Below, piece after piece: positions 12,591 to 24,810 of a stretch of 64,000 nt of DNA. A program made the translations under genes and the position numbers. Location of the stretch: the NCBI GenBank assembly GCA_008632985.1, contig QPGO01000048.1, positions 124,001 through 188,000 of the forward strand. The letters run 5' to 3'. This DNA is from Psammoneis japonica (Eukaryota). The notes beneath the pieces were generated by a model that had not been told where the DNA came from, did not search any database, and was given only the letters and a program-made list of their open reading frames with translations. The number at the start of each line of letters is the position of its first letter. The stretch's first letter is position 1.

Positions 12591-15500
12591 CCTGACAGCT
12601 CACATCTCCTTGTCCTGCTGCACACTGACCATGTTGTTTTGTGCAATGTTTCCAGCTGCAGCATGATGACATCTCTCCCTCTCTTTTCCATGTGTTCCCT
12701 TGCACTGTTCTTGCTGCTGGAGCCATTTTGGTCAGAGCTGCAGTGTTTCCAGAGTCTTGCTTGCTGGCTGTGCAAATGTTGGCCTGTGTTTTTTAAATGA
12801 CAGCCACAGAGCAGGTCAGTTTTTGCCTGGCACTTGCCAACAGCTGCAGGCTTGGGTGTGCATCAGGTTCCACAGTGTTGCCCTGCTGGCTTGGGGCATT
12901 TCTGGTGACCAAGAGTTCTCTTCATGTTGCCCCTGTGTTCCCCCCTCTCTAACTTTTTGAGAATTGTTTGCAAGCATTGGACAACTGAGCCCTGATTTCT
13001 TGTCCAGAAGATTCCAAAGACCGTGGCAATTTTTGTGTGTTTGCGTGCAAAGTCAATGGCAAACTGGCTCATTTGTGTCATTTTGTTTTGTCATGTTTGA
13101 GTGCAAATGTTTGAGTTTTGGGGCCACTCAGACTCAGCGCTTCCTTCCAAGGCAGAGATTTTGCACCAGCACTCAGCTGAGACAATGTTCCAACACTTGT
13201 GCTCAACAGCTCTCTTGAGTGAGGCCACTGGCATCATCTGCAAATCATTCACCTGCAACATGCGCAAGCTGGCAAAGTTTTGAAATGCAGCAAGTGGTGG
13301 CACCATGAGCACATGTGAACAAAAATTTGAAACTTGCAATTTGTGCCAAGATGTCTGTGTGGAAATGATTTTCTGCATGATTGGACATGCACAGTGGACA
13401 TCTGTTCATTGAGCTGCTCTGAGTTGTTGGTTGCAACAACACCAGCTCACCATGTTGTTTTGCTGATGTCTCCTTTGCTGTGCAACCACCAAACATTTGT
13501 GCAACCATTTTCCTTTTCCGTTCATGCTCTGTGCTCTGGCCATTTGTTCACAACAAGTCACAAACAATGGTTTGCAAAAGCACCCCACAGCCAAACTCTG
13601 TTGACAGAAATGACCAGCCTTGGCCACTTGCATGTGTGCTGCAGAACATGCCAGTGCTCTCTTTCATGCAGGTCGTGCCCTCCAGACAGGTCTTAGAAAG
13701 AGTCAGAGTTCACAGATCAGCCACCCACTTGAGAAAAAATTGAGGTGAATGGCTTGTTGGTGTGGCTCACCACTGAAGGTGCAAAAATTGGCAACTCAAG
13801 CCACAAAACAACTGCTCAACAGAAATGTGAAACTCTCATGTGCAAATCAGAGCTGACAACCTCCACTCAGCACAGCTGGGAAATGCAGCTGAGTCTTTCA
13901 AGAAAGTGACTGGCTCCACAAACAAAGATGCCAAAAAGGCCAGCACTCCCAAAACCCCACACCCACACTGCATGTGACCTTGCGCTGGCATGGCCTGCAC
14001 AGAACAAGCAGATGAGATCAACAAGTGCTCACAAGAGCATTTTGCAGATCTCACCCCAAAACAACAACAAAAGTCACTGGTTGCTGGACAGAGAGGTGTG
14101 CGTCTGTGGAGCTGGCTGTGCCTGCACTCATCCTCCCAAATGTTGCCCAAAGAAACCAGCAAATTGGTGGTGCTGTGTTGAGTGCTGCAAAAAAAGAGAG
14201 ATGCCAACTTGTTTTCAAGTCTGTGCCAGTTGGTTGCTGCTCCAGGGAAGGTGCATGTGAAGCCAGTGGCAAGCCACTGGCACACACAGTGGCTGCCAAA
14301 ACAAAGTGACTGGAAAGGCTTTTGTGTTTTTTTCTGACCTTTGCACAAGCAGCGGAACACTGTGCAATGAAGTGAAGCCACATTGTTGCACCTGCAGAGG
14401 ACCCACCAACAGAGTTGATCTGTGTTTTACAAGAAGCCTGTGTTCTTGACAAGTTCTCCTCAAGTGTGGTTCAAGCATTTTTGACAATTGACAAACTCTG
14501 CAAAGAGCAGGGAACCAGACTCAATGAAATTTGGTCTTGCAATGCATGCACCTTGACACAGGATGGACTTTGTGCATGCTTGCAGTGCAGCCATTGTGAA
14601 TGTTGTTGTGTTGACAGTTGAGCCAATTGGCAAAGCAGGAAATGACAATGAACAACACATGTGACTGGTCAGTTCTTGATCTCAACAACATCACTGCACG
14701 TGGATCAAATTGCTGACATGGTCCAAATTGATCTCATTGACTTTGATTTTTGTTGGCTGCACACTGCCAACATTTTGATTTGTGCATTGTGCAATTTGGA
14801 TTTCTGGCAATCATGCCAACTTTTTGCCTGTGCTGCACATTGTTGTTCTCCACTGCCCACCACTTCCTTGTCTTTGCTTCTGTCATTTCTCTTTTTCTTC
14901 TCCCACTGCTGCATTTCACTGTCTGCATGGCATCTTCTTTTTCTTGGCTCTGCTGCAATCAGGTCATGCTCCAATTGTTGTCACATGCTCCAACACCAGT
15001 GCTGTGCTCCCGCCATTTGTCTTTCAACAAAAAGCACAAGTTTCTGTGTGGTGTGGTGCTCATCATGCATGGGAGGCAAAAGCAGTGTGTGCCACAAAAT
15101 GCAGAGAAGTCACAAGTTTTGCATGTTTTGTTTTGGCAACTGTTTCACAATGAAGCTGCTTCCACTCACCTTTGTGCAAAGTTTGCAGCACTGTGCTCAT
15201 GCAACTCATGTCAAAATTTGTCCAAGCACCAAGGATGGGTGAAAGCTTTGGTTTTTTTTTTGCATTGTTTTGAAAGCTGTCAGCTTTGCTTTGCACCACA
15301 CTTCTGGCCTTTTCTGTCTTTCTCATTGCTCTCCTTTGTTTGGGTGTGCACTGTCATCAGCTTTGTTGGTGCTCACACCCCACCCCACAATGCCGTCATT
15401 GCACACAGCATGCTTGGTGGATGTGTCCTGTGTTTTGTTGTGTTTTGTGCAGCCACGATGAAGTGTTTTTTGGCATGATGTCACCAAGCCAGTGAGCCTG

Positions 15501-15789
15501 CTGGCGATCATTGTCTGCAACATTTTGCAAGCAGGAATTTTTTAGTGTCCTTTCATCAAATGCATTTTCAAAGTTTCATGTCACTTAAAACAACTTGAGT
15601 GATTTGCTCAATTGGTCTTCATTGCCAAAGCTCATCAATTGTAAATTCTCATTTGTTTGGCAGCTTGATGTTGAACATTGTTTGAATCACATGCAGCACA
15701 TGTCTGTTTTTGAAGAAGCTTTGTTTCTGTTGCTCTGGGGCTGCTTTTGCAACTGATTTTTGAAGCTGGCACACACATGCACAATGGTG

Positions 15790-16740
15790 CCAAACAACCC
15801 AGCAATTGCAAGATGAGGACACTGGCAGCATCTGGCAGGCCACAGGCTTGACACCACCACAAGAGCTGTTGTTGGGGGTTGCAACATTGATTTTGTGCTG
15901 TTGTGGCCCCATGTCAACAGACCTGAAGTTCCAAAGTCCCACACTGAAATGACCCCACAATGGCACCAACCAAGCTGACAGCTGCAAGCTGAGGGCACTG
16001 GTGGCATCTGGTGGACCCCAGGCAACACTTCAAGAACTGTGGCTGGGCATTGCACAAAGGTTGATCTTGTGGCATTGTGCCACTGTGTCATGTTGTGCCC
16101 AAAAGCAGCAGATTGAGCTTGCAAACTTCTGAGCAAAACAGCCCCATGACAGTGCCAACCAACATGTGACAGCTGGGAACATTGGTGGTCTCTGGCAAAT
16201 TCCCAGGCAACAGTTTAAGAACTGTGGTTGAAAATTGCAAGGTTGATGTTGTGGCATTGTGACTCCAAGCCACCTTGTGCCAAACAGAAGCATGCTGAAC
16301 TTCCAGACCCCAGAGTGAAAGGACCCCATGACAGTTCCAACCAACCCAAAAACTGCCAGCAGACACTGGCAGCAGCATGTGGCAGACCTGGGGCAAGACT
16401 TCAAGATCTGTTGTTGGGCATTTCAAGGTTGATCTTGTGGCTCCCACTGTGGCTCTGTGTCACTTTGTCCCCACAACAGGAGTGCAGTCTTGAGCTTCCA
16501 AACTCACAGCAAAAGGAGCCCATGATGGCACCAACTGACCTGACAGCTTCAAAGTGAGGGCACTGGTGGTGGTCTCTGGCAGGCCCCAAGTGACAGCTTG
16601 TCAACTGCGACTGGGCATTGGAAGATTGATCTTGTGGTGTTGTGGCCCCACATTCCTTGCCACACATGGCAGCAGACTTCTTGTCCCAACTCTAGAGTGC
16701 AAGGATCCCATTGGTTGGCTGCTGGGAAAAAGCTTGGGAT
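15790..16740. repeat. Diverged tandem repeat, unit ~175-195 bp, about five copies
   Basis: Anchor aaggttgatcttgtgg(c/t) variants at ~15883, 16057, 16239, 16425 and 16622, with recurring ccccatgacagt..caacc and cactggtgg..tctggca. Confidence 0.7.
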
Positions 16741-18408
16741 GAATGGCAGCCTTCTTCAAGGCAACTGCTGGGGTGCCCAATTTTTAGATCAGCGACATGT
16801 GTCTTTTTCCTGTTGGTTTTGTCTTTCTTGTGAAGTGTTGTTGGGTTTGTTGCCAGCAGATGAAGCAGCACAACATGAAATGACTGCACATGTGGCACCC
16901 CCTTGAAAGTGTTGCTGTTTGTGCTTCCAGCTGACAAAACAGTGTGAAGTCTCTGCAAATGCAACCCATTTCTCACATGGCATTGCCACTTGTTTCCAGT
17001 GCACAAAGCAGCACAGCACCACAGCAGCTGCAAATGTGACTCTTTTTCTCACACAATGTGCCCCTGCTTGCTTCCAGCAGGAGATGAAGCAGCATGGTGC
17101 TGCAAAGTGCCATCTGTGAGTGCAGTCTGTTTGATCAGAAATGGCGCTTGATTGTGACAGGAAAGATGGTGGCATTGCTGTCTCAAAACACATTTTGGTC
17201 CATGCAGCTGCCTCTGCATCTGATGAAACATGCACGGAGTTACAAATGTGTGAGAGCATGCACCACGTCCATCACAGCCAATGCAGCAGGAAAACAGACA
17301 TGGCAAAAACTCCTTGCAAACAGCATCAAAGCCAACACAAACCATGCACCCTTGTTGTGTCTTCTTTGACTTTGCCTCCACAGCATTTCATGACATTGCA
17401 TCTGTCTTATTGATGGAATGCAGCAAAGCCCAAAAACCCAGGTGCCACACTGACATCTGCCAGGAGCCAGACAAGGTTGAAAGTGGGTCCGTGGACTTCA
17501 CAAGCAAGCTGCCACCTTCTGACAGCAAGATGCCATGTTCAAGGTTGTGCTCATTTCACTTGGGATGGAATCTTGCAATCAAGTCCAGCACTTTGCCACA
17601 CCCAAGCTGGGGCATGCTGGCACACAATCAAAGCAGCAGCTGTGACCCCAACTTGCCATGCAGTCAGCTGGCTCCAATGCCCCATGTGCCATCTGCTGGT
17701 TGATTTGCATTGGAGCCTTCTCAGGCTCCAAAATCAACCGTTCCATGTGCTGAAACCCTTCACAGCTGCCTCCACTTTGGACTTGTCCATGGAGATTGGG
17801 CAACCCAGTTGTGCTGCAATCCAATGTGGTGCTTGTTGGTGTTGGAAAATCTTGAAGCAGCAGGGCACCAATCCAAAATGTTGGGCCCAATTGTGCAATC
17901 CCATGAATTCTCATCAATCAATGCTGGCAAAGGGTTCAATGGCACAAAGTTGGAATCAGCATCAAGTGCCAGGCAACATGTGAAGCGTGCAACAGCTTTG
18001 TCAAAATTGCTCACATGTTCTTCCAGGATTGGAGCTCTGGGGTGAACATTGTGAGCAGCTTGCACAACACTTGTGCCAGACCATTCTGAGAGCTGTGACA
18101 GAATGTTGTCAAAAACCTTTGCAAACACAATGTTGTGCATGTTTTTGTTGTGGTCAAGTTCTGAGGAGATCAGCTGTTGCCATCCAGGAGTGCTCAAACA
18201 AATGCACTCCCCAGCACTGCACACACAAGGAAGATTTTTATTTTGGCATGGTTTCCACCTGCAAGCACTGAAATCCACCTTGAAATGTGCAACTCTTGCA
18301 CCAAGGATTGCTGCATCACCACCCTCTGTCATGATGGCATCCATCTGACCCTCTGCCCCCATCTTCACAAACAGATGCTCTGCCTCAAATGGAGCTCATT
18401 CATGCTCC

Positions 18409-18620
18409 ATGTTGTTGTTGTTGTTGTTGTTGTTGNNNNNNNNNNNNNNNNNNNNNNNNNNNNNNNNNNNNNNNNNNNNNNNNNNNNNNNNNNNNNNNNN
18501 NNNNNNNNNNNNNNNNNNNNNNNNNNNNNNNNNNNNNNNNNNNNNNNNNNNNNNNNNNNNNNNNNNNNNNNNNNNNNNNNNNNNNNNNNNNNNNNNNNNN
18601 NNNNNNNNNNNNNNNNNNNN

Positions 18621-18663
<43 letters not shown>
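18409..18663. repeat. (TTG)n microsatellite spanning an assembly gap (N run 18436-18620)
   Basis: TTG repeats on both sides of the N run. Confidence 0.95.
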
Positions 18664-21600
18664 GCTTCATCTGTGATTCCACCAAGTGGCCAGCCATGTT
18701 TGCGCTTGGATTGCACAGAGCTTGGACATGCTTTGCTGCCTTGTCATGATCAGAACCAGGCATCAGAGTGCCTTGTTGGGCTCCACTGATGAACTCCTCC
18801 ATCCACTTGTTGGCTTCATGGACCAGCTCTGTTTCAAGCCTCTTGGGCCACACTCACCCATCAAACACTTGGGCTGCAGTGACACCCTGCAGATGCAAGC
18901 TTCCTGTGCATCAGCTGAAGAGCTGTGCTCTTTGGTGCATGTGGTGGATCTGACATCAAACACTGTGCTGTGACATGCTTGTGACAGTTGTTGTGCAGCC
19001 AAAGTAAAATGTCAACCCCAAGCCTTTTCCCTTTGGCATTGCTGAAGGGAGCAGAGGGTCAAGTGTTGATGGGACCAAGTGCCTTGGTGAGCTGCAGGCC
19101 TCTGATGCCCATCTTGCATGATGGGTGGTTTTGCAGTTGCTGGGTGAAACTCTCATGGAAAACAAGGCAAAAACTCTGAATCAGCATTCTCCCCCCAGCA
19201 TCAAATTTTGTGGAGCATGACATTTTGCGCGTGCATTTCTGCAGGGCACAAGACTCCTTGTGCAGCAGAAGCACCCCAAAATGCAGGCAATGGACACTCA
19301 AATGGAAGACCTTCCAACCAAATGAACAAAGTTGCATGCTTGAGACACCAATTGCAGCCATCATCTGTGCACATTCTTGATCATTGTAAAGAAAATGCCA
19401 GACATGTGACAGGCAATCATCACAGTGAAGTTGTTCATGAATCACAAATGACAGAACAAAGCACAGTTGAAGACATTTGTGAAAATTGTGCATTGGTGGA
19501 AATTGCAGTGACAAATGAATGTGAAAATTTACAACCACTGTTCATTGTTCTTCTTGTTGAGCATGGAAACATGTTGTCACAGATGCACACTGCAAAGCCA
19601 TGCAAAAAAATGGAGGGATCTGTTCACAGGAGCAACTCACTGCCTGCATGAAGAACAGCAGTTTTGAAACAGAGCACAACAGGCAGGTGTGGCACTGCCA
19701 GCTTGCCAGCTGTTTTGGCCATTGTGTTCTGGAGGAGATGCTGTGTGTCCCCCCCCCCCAAGGCAAGCCACTCTGCTGCTTTGATGATGCTGCACTTTTG
19801 TGTGATTGGCTGTCCACTCCTCCAAAATCTGAGAAGGGGTTCACACAGAAGCTCAGCCCATTTTTTCATGAACTGCATCTTCAAGTTTGCACAAGAAGCC
19901 ACTTGCAAAGGGACCAGCTGATGACCATCAGCTCTGTTGCTTGGGACACAACTCTCTCATCTTGTCAGTGGGAGTGAGGCAACTGTTGAAGAGCACTTTT
20001 TGGAGCAAAGGTCTCCCTTTGCTCACTCAGGTGTGCTTTCCAGCATTTCCTGCACTGCTGGAAAAGCTCTGACACAATTTGCAATGAACTGGCATGAAGA
20101 GATTTTGTTCCTTGTGTGCAATGTGTCACAAGCACAGCAAATTTTGTTGGGTGTGCACAATGCTCAGATGCAAGGCAATCTTTGCGCAACTGCCCTGCCC
20201 TGCCTCCTTGCCATGCCATGCCACCTCTTCTTCCTCATCTTTGTCCCTTGTGCCAGGAGACACTCTCTTTCTGTCTGGGTGCAATGAAAGTTTCAATGAT
20301 GTCATCAACAGCCACTGCCTTGATTTGTTTGTCTGTTGGAATCATTTGAAAAATGTCCATTTTTCTGTTGGGGAAATGTTTTGGTCAATGTTGAGCTGGT
20401 TGTTTTGGGAAAAGAAGAGTGTGCTTCATGGCAGACATTGCTTGTCCAACATGATGAGTGATGAGCACACAAAATCCAGCTGCAGGAAAGGTGGCTGCCA
20501 ATCCATGGTTGAGCACACAAGGTCTGTCACTCTTCTTTTTTGCTGCTTGCTGTTGGCCAACTTTTGCTCTGGAGGACATGCCACCAAAAGATGAGCATCT
20601 GCAATGCCAGCACAGCTCCCTCACCATTTCTCACAGCTGGGCATTTTTGGCTTCCATCGCACTTTGTGTGTCAAAGAAGAGGCTGCAACTTCCCATCTCT
20701 CTTGTTGTTTGTGCAGCTCTTTGTGCAAATCTCAGCCACTGTTGTGGCAACAAGGCACCCAATGCAGAGCTCCCTGCTGAGATGCCCCCCTCATGAGTCT
20801 GTGGCAGAGTCATTGCAGGCATGGCTGTGCTGCTGCTGCACCATGGCACAGGCCTTGTTTGGCACAATGACACAGTGCCCAAGCAAAAAACTCAAAAAAA
20901 CATGATTTGGGCAGAGACAGCTTGCCAAAGAAACAAACAACCCAGGCAAATGCACTTGATGACACAACACACTCCCAGCTCCATCATGAGTCATGTGAAC
21001 ATGATGCTCCCCAGACCCCAGACCAGCAGAAGCCAGCAATGCAGTCACAAGCAGCACCAGTGCAAAGGAAGCGAGTGGTTTCTGATGTCTTTTCCCTCTC
21101 AGCATGTTCCTTGCAAGCATTGCACATCACATCACTGCTGTCCTCCAAGGCCACCCATCTGGGTCAAAGAACACCCCTTTGGACAAGATGGAACACACTG
21201 CTTTTCTTGGACTCTCTTTGCTCACAATGTTTTTGTGGTGGCTGGCACCGTGTGTGCTCTCCAACACACACTGTTCCCATGAGGGGATGGGAAGGGGGGT
21301 GCAACAGCCGCCATGATGATGAGATGTCACTTGACTCCATTGGTGTTGCTCTCATGATCAAATTAAAAACCTTGCAGGTGGGTCCACACATGGACTGTGC
21401 AGGACTTGGATTGGGCAATGCAGGTGACCCAAATTTGGTGATGGAAAATTTGTGTGTGAACTGGCCCTGCCATGTCATGGGGTTCATGGACCTTGTCTCT
21501 GATGATGCTGCTCTCAAAGGCCTTTGTGAAGAAAACAACCAACCACCACTTGCATCGTCAGCTCCAGCTTGTGGGAATCCAGCCACACAAGAAAAAACTC

Positions 21601-22626
21601 AGGGTTGTTGCTTCAAGCATTTGTTGCAGTGCTGCAAAATGCATCTTGCTGGGTGCCAAGCTCAGATGGAGGGACATGATTGCTGAGAAAAAAAAAGGCA
21701 CAAAAAAAGTGCCCTCTTCCTGTGTTGATGATCCTTGGGAAGGGTGGCAAGAAGCAGCCACTGGAAGAAATGGCACCAAAAGAAAGATTGCGATGGTGCT
21801 GTGCAGGAACAGAAAAACAAGATGAGTTGATTGGCTGGGTTGCAGAGAATTGCTGCAAAGCCAAGAGAAGCCAAGGTAGAAACCTTGCTGGTGCTGGCAG
21901 CAGCACAGCAGAGGCACACAGACCACACCAAACCACACTCCAGAAAAGAGGCCACTTGCTTTCTTGGATGCTGTGTCTTTGCACCACATCATGGCTGCCC
22001 AGACAATGATCAGCTGGTTGTCCAATGAACAAAAGGCTGGCTGCTGTTTTGCTCAACAACAAAGTCTTGCAGCAATCTCCCAGCACACAGCAAAAGGAAA
22101 GATGTGACCCAGTTGGCTTTGCTGCACCTCCCGGGGGGATGCTCTGGCTGTGTGCAGCAAGAGCTGCAAGGAGAGTGTCGTCAGCTGGTCTTGTTTTGAA
22201 GTTGTCTGGCTTTTCCAAGCCTTCTCTTGAACCCTTGAGCTGCCCCCCTCATCTTGTCTTTTGCCACTGTCCACACCTCTCTGCACCACAGGCCTGGCCA
22301 AAAATGTTTTCATGTGCCAACATCAAAGTCATTGTCAGCTTCATTCTCTCAGCCACTCCACACTGGCTGGCTGACTCTGGCTGGTGGCTTGTTTTGCACA
22401 GGCTCATGAAGCAGGCAAGATCTTCTTCTGAAAAAGTGCTGCTGTCTTTCTGCTCATTGCACTGCCCCCATTCTCAGCCTTTTCAAGGAAGAAACAAAGT
22501 TGAGTGCTGATGCACTCTTGTTGTCAGCTCAAAAGGTCAGGTGCCAGAGAGTGTCTTGTTGACTTGTTTTTGTGTTGCTCCATGTCACAAGAATGCAACT
22601 TTCCCATGTCTCCATTGCCATGATGC

Positions 22627-22627
<1 letters not shown>

Positions 22628-22665
<38 letters not shown>

Positions 22666-22667
22666 AC
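22628..22667. repeat. (CA)n microsatellite
   Basis: About 20 CA units. Confidence 0.95.
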
Positions 22668-23088
22668 CCTGCTTGTGGAAAAGCAGTTTAAACCACAATT
22701 TGGCAGCAGAAAAAAGCCTCGCAGCCCCTCGTCAACCCCTCATTGACAGCTCACGTGTTGAGATCTGTTCCTTGGTGGCATCTCTCCAATGAGAAACTGT
22801 TTTTCATCTTTGTTGATGATTTCTTTGGCTGAGACTTCGATTATCAGCTGCATTGTCCAATCTTCAGAGGTGCATTGTCAGAGGCAGTTTTTTCGTCGAT
22901 CGAACGGAAAGATGTTCTACTCGAGTACATGCGGTTCGAGACAACCGGAGCATTTTTTTGTCGTCTGCGCTGCGTCGTCCTGACAACAATCGGGCGGAAA
23001 CCAGACGGCGATTTCCAGATTGCTTGCGAATAGTACCGGCATGTATTACAGTGCCGGTACTCGATGGTTTATGTGCCTCCTGTAAACA

Positions 23089-24645
23089 ATGGCGGAATGC
23101 ATGCTGCAAAACTCGATTTCTAGCGACTGTTATGTCGGTATTGATGTTGGAACGCAAGGGACAAAGTGTGTTGCATATCATCCATTGCTTGGAGTCGTCG
23201 CTAGGGCGTCGTATGCATATGATTTGGCTGCCAATCCAGAAAACGTGAAAGGACGAGCAGAGCAGGACCCTGCAGTTTGGCTACTCGCGGTAAAGACTAG
23301 TCTCGGTCAGATTGCGGAGACTTTGGCTGCGAAGAAATTCGCTGTGGCTGGGGTAGGCGTTTCTGGTCAACAACATGGTATGGTGCCACTTTCTTCAGAT
23401 TTCCTTCCTCTTCGTCCGTGTAAACTGTGGTGCGACGTCGAAAGTGACCAGCAAGCACGTGAGTTCTCCTCGAAGGCATCCGATATCCTGAAACGATCCA
23501 TGTCTGTTCCAGCTGGATTTACAGCTCCGAAAATTCTTTGGTTAAAACAAAATGAACCCCTCATATATCATGAGACTCGGTGGTTTGTCTTGCCTCACGA
23601 TTTTGTTACGCTAAAGCTTGCCGGGAAATCATCCGGTGAGATACCCACTACCGATGCTGGAGATGCCAGTGGAACTGGGCTATGGGATGCGTCGTCCAGC
23701 ACATTTTTGCCTTGTCTGGCGGAGATTATCGATAGCGACCTCTATGCGAAGCTACCGAAAAGTTTGCCTCCAGGTTCCGTTGCTGGGTATCTCTCGTCAG
23801 CTTACAAATCACTTCTTGGGCAGGACAAAGCTGCAACAGTACCAATTTCTGTCGGGTCAGGAGACAACATGTGCAGTGCTTTGGGGGTGGGTTGTGTTGT
23901 TCCGGGTCGTGCAGTGCTTAGTCTGGGAACATCGGGCACGATTTTCGGTGTTTCATCAGCTCCGGTTGTTCCAGGTGAAACGGGGGTCGCTCCATTTCAG
24001 GACGCCACTGGTAAGCACCTGCCCTTAGTCTGTACGATGAGTTGCACTGGCGTGTTGCAGTATGTCTTGGATACATGGTGTGAGGGAATCTCACATGAAG
24101 AGGCTACCAACTTGGCGGAGGGCGTTGACGTGGGCTGTAACGGTGTCACTTTCCTTCCGTTCTTGGGAGGCGAAAGAACACCAAATTGGCCTCATGCCAC
24201 GGGAGCCTTGCTGGGCATGACTTCAAGCAATATTAGCAGGGAGAATCGTGTAGGCTTACTCTATAGGGCTGCTATGGAAGGTGTTACATTTGTTCTCGCT
24301 GACGCCCTGAAGGACCTTCAAAATGCATGCGGCAAGGGCTTTCATAATCTTGAAACGCTTTACGTTGTTGGTGGAGGCTCTCAGAACCCTTTGTGGCGTC
24401 AAATAATCTCTGATGTGCTTGGGGTAACGTTGAAGTTCCCGCTCGAGGCCGAAAGTGCGGCTCTCGGAGCGGCTTTTCAAGCTGGGGCGGCAGCGACGAA
24501 CACTCCCGTAGACAAGTACGTGTTGGAGCAAGAAATTCCGATGGAGGATGCTGTAGTCGTGCCAACCAACAGCCAGCAAGTTCAGGAGGCGTACAAAGAG
24601 GCACTTACGCGATACCACACCTGTTCAAGAAAACTGTTTCAGTAG
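23089..24645 (+). CDS. xylB: Xylulose kinase (FGGY carbohydrate kinase), intronless
   Basis: GIDVGTQGTK, GVSGQQHG, LWCD, FTAPKILWLK, GSGDNM, SLGTSG, FLPFLGGERTP and GGGSQN motifs. Confidence 0.9.
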   Translation: MAECMLQNSISSDCYVGIDVGTQGTKCVAYHPLLGVVARASYAYDLAANPENVKGRAEQDPAVWLLAVKTSLGQIAETLAAKKFAVAGVGVSGQQHGMVPLSSDFLPLRPCKLWCDVESDQQAREFSSKASDILKRSMSVPAGFTAPKILWLKQNEPLIYHETRWFVLPHDFVTLKLAGKSSGEIPTTDAGDASGTGLWDASSSTFLPCLAEIIDSDLYAKLPKSLPPGSVAGYLSSAYKSLLGQDKAATVPISVGSGDNMCSALGVGCVVPGRAVLSLGTSGTIFGVSSAPVVPGETGVAPFQDATGKHLPLVCTMSCTGVLQYVLDTWCEGISHEEATNLAEGVDVGCNGVTFLPFLGGERTPNWPHATGALLGMTSSNISRENRVGLLYRAAMEGVTFVLADALKDLQNACGKGFHNLETLYVVGGGSQNPLWRQIISDVLGVTLKFPLEAESAALGAAFQAGAAATNTPVDKYVLEQEIPMEDAVVVPTNSQQVQEAYKEALTRYHTCSRKLFQ

Positions 24646-24810
24646 CATTTTCCGGTCTCCGAAGTCTCCACTGAAGCAGAATAAGTTTCTGCTGCTGGCA
24701 TTCACAAGCCGTTGCCGTGTACAGCACATACTAAATGCATAGAGTTTCATGAATGAGGCTGTCTATATTCTAATTGTTGTGCCTATGCAATTCGATGGTT
24801 TGCCAGACAC

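Larger units (their letters stand above)
10590..22880. mobile_element. Block of highly degenerate repeat/TE DNA, depleted in TpA and CpG and rich in TpG/CpA
   Basis: CG and TA are almost absent. Overlapping Cys/His/Gln-rich spurious ORFs occur in all frames, and the compositional edges against the flanking genes are sharp. The TE family was not recognisable. Confidence 0.75.

Noticed and set aside
15790..16740. CRISPR-like repeat-spacer array
   Set aside because: The units are long and similar along their whole length, there are no cas genes, and the context is eukaryotic
18177..18853. Poly-Q/N/V/C ORFs
   Set aside because: Translations of a (TTG)n microsatellite across an N gap
10593..22800. 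Dozens of overlapping 60-260 aa ORFs (also at 42.9-52.6 kb)
   Set aside because: Artefact of TAA/TAG depletion; they are Cys/His-rich, nearly Tyr-free and have no recognisable domains
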